From Eledone cirrhosa (taxonomy: Eukaryota): DNA of 64,000 bases. Positions 61,824 to 64,000 of this stretch are shown here, one piece after another. Position numbers and translations under genes: made by a program. How positions within the stretch are numbered: the stretch's first letter is position 1; the number at the start of each line of letters is the position of its first letter. The notes beneath the pieces were generated by a model that worked only from the letters and a program-made list of their open reading frames with translations, was not told the origin of the DNA and searched no databases. Location of the stretch: NCBI GenBank assembly GCA_964016885.1, contig OZ024742.1, positions 69,378,001 through 69,442,000 on the forward strand, read 5' to 3'.

Positions 61824-64000
61824 GGCGACCTACGTAGTAAATCGTATCATCGTGAGCTCCGCAAAGGTTTGTTATTTCCGTTTGTTAAAAATTGTCATTT
61901 ATGGAAAATTTTATTGGTAACTTTTTATAAGCGCACATACATTGTTTTCCGAAAAGGACACCCAAAAAGATTGGGGCCTTGTGCCCAAAATTTAAACTTT
62001 TATTATTATCAAAAAAAAATTTTTTTGAAAAAAATGGCTAATTCACCTCTGCACGAAGCAGCTGAAAGCCTTCCTCACAAATTAACACCTCACACCGACA
62101 CCACCATTGTAAATGTTACTACGTTTGCCAACACAAAAAAAAATATAAGCACTAGCAATATTTTAAATTTGTCTCAGGCAGACATTCATTTCCCGCCATT
62201 ACCAATGACTGCAGGTGTTAAAGCCTCCACCACCACCACCACCGCGACAACCACCACCATCACCACCACCACCACCCCGACAACAGAAACAAAAGAAGAA
62301 AAAATAAATTAACTCGTGATGTCGAAATGAAATCAAGCAAAATGGACTCTTCCCCACCAAAGACGACTGACGTCACCACCAACACAACTGAAACTAAAAT
62401 TAACACAAATAACGATAGCAACAACAACAACAATGACATTATAAAAACCCCCCTCAGTTTTGCCAGAGTAGCAAAACAGTTCGAAGCATTTACAGTAACA
62501 CAGGAGGATTTAGAAAATGCCAAACAAATGGTAAAGAAAGATGGGTACAGGGTCAGCCCCCCCACCTAATAAAATGGAGCATCAGCGCCTGTGCACCGTG
62601 TCGTATAGAACAATAAATGTAAAATCGCGCCGAGTGGAACGGGCATCCGAGTCCCAAACCCAAAAAGCTTTGGGACATGTGTGGGCAAGAAAAACCCACA
62701 TCAGACGTGGGCAAAAGTATGGAACCGTGGACGTGTTCTTTGAAACACCAGAGGAGGCTAGAGAACACTCCATGGCCCCATTAAGAAGTGACGACTTCAC
62801 ACTCGTCCCAAGCTATTGTGGCCAGAGACTCGTAAAGATCAGGGTGACCCACGTTCCACCTGCCATCGAAATTCCCTGGCTAATAGCGGCTGTCCTCGCC
62901 GGCATCGAAGCCAACACGAAAATAATAGCAATAGCAAAAGAAAAGCAGGAGAACTGGTCCGGATCTGGGATGGAGCTCCTGATCCAAGCGGACCAAAAAA
63001 GCATTGAGGAGATCCCAGAGATAATAGACCTCACTGACGGCAGCCACCTCACGGTAATTGTCGAGGGCAGAAGACCTAGGTGTGTCGTTTGTGGTGAAGG
63101 AACCCACCTAAGGGCTTTCTGCCCTCAGGCTAAAAGGTTGAGGCCACCTCTCCTACCCACCCCAGTGACACAACCATCAACACCACCAGTAGCAGAGATG
63201 GCAGCAACAACTGTAGCAGCAACAACAGAAGCAACTATAACAGCAACAACCCAAGCAACAGTAGCAAAACCAACACCACCACCACCACCAGCAAAACCAA
63301 CACCACCACCACCCAACGCTTCAGAACTAGCACCAGCGCCTACACCATCCAGCATGCCACAACCAAAACTAACGCCTGTGGAGGATTTTCCACTCCCCGG
63401 CCTATCACACCTGGAGACAGATTGTGACGACGAGGAGTGGGAAACGATATCCGGAAAAAAAAAAGAAACCAAAAAAGAAAAAAATTCTCTTCTTTCCCCC
63501 TCCAAAAACAAAATACAGAAGGAAACAAATAAACTATCAAACAAAAAAGTTAGGACAGATATGCCACCATCCACACCAGCATCACCAACCCCATCAACCC
63601 AAACACCAACACCATCACCATCATTAACCCCAACACCACCATCACCTACACCACAAAAGTCACCAAAATGCGAAACAGAAACAAACCCACAACAAACGCA
63701 AACAAAACAAAACAACCAAAACGATACACACTACACAGCATTAAATTTGAACAACAGGCAATTATTACACTACATCCAACACAACACCAGCATCACAGAA
63801 AAAGACTACACAACAACCCCAAAATTCACACCACCTCCACACATACAAATCACTCGCATCACACAGAAAACGTACATGACACTAAAACAAAAATTCCCCA
63901 AAGACATCGGAGACTTCCGACAAGCACTCTCCAGGAGGATTTATAAGGACATCCTTCCTGAGGAGGCCACAAGCAGTGAAAAGGATGGAAAAACCGTCCT
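61824..64000 (+). mobile_element. Tx1-like LINE family A, 5'UTR + ORF1 (runs off window)
   Basis: Starts GGCGACC after (ATT)n 61773-61823; very similar to 32232-34390. Confidence 0.95.

Overview
AT-rich, intron-containing eukaryotic genomic DNA. It is probably from an octopod cephalopod, which I infer from memory of the tRNA-derived SINE and have not verified. Bases 1-7 kb hold the last two coding exons of a TIR-domain (Toll/IL-1 receptor-like) gene. Its 6-kb intron contains SINEs, a DD37D (maT-type) Tc1/mariner transposon, a Helitron-like 3' end, inverted repeats, a 372-bp near-perfect palindrome and minimal hammerhead ribozyme motifs of the Penelope-like type. From about 7.7 kb to the end is a roughly 56-kb array of about 24 non-LTR retrotransposon segments, many separated by (TAA)n/(TTA)n tracts. 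Two unrelated lineages build it: Tx1-like (ORF1 + APE-RT, at least two families) and R4/Dong-like (RT + zinc knuckle + restriction-like endonuclease, at least two families). They use the same microsatellite on opposite strands, and the polarity of the whole array flips once at about 26.76 kb. No copy is fully intact. Best leads: the polarised dual-lineage array, a SINE whose 3' tail and target resemble the Tx1 family's, hammerheads on both arms of the palindrome, a conserved splice donor at the Tx1 ORF1/ORF2 junction, and a SINE copy with T>C (antisense A>G) hypermutation. Boundaries were read by eye and may be off by a few bases.
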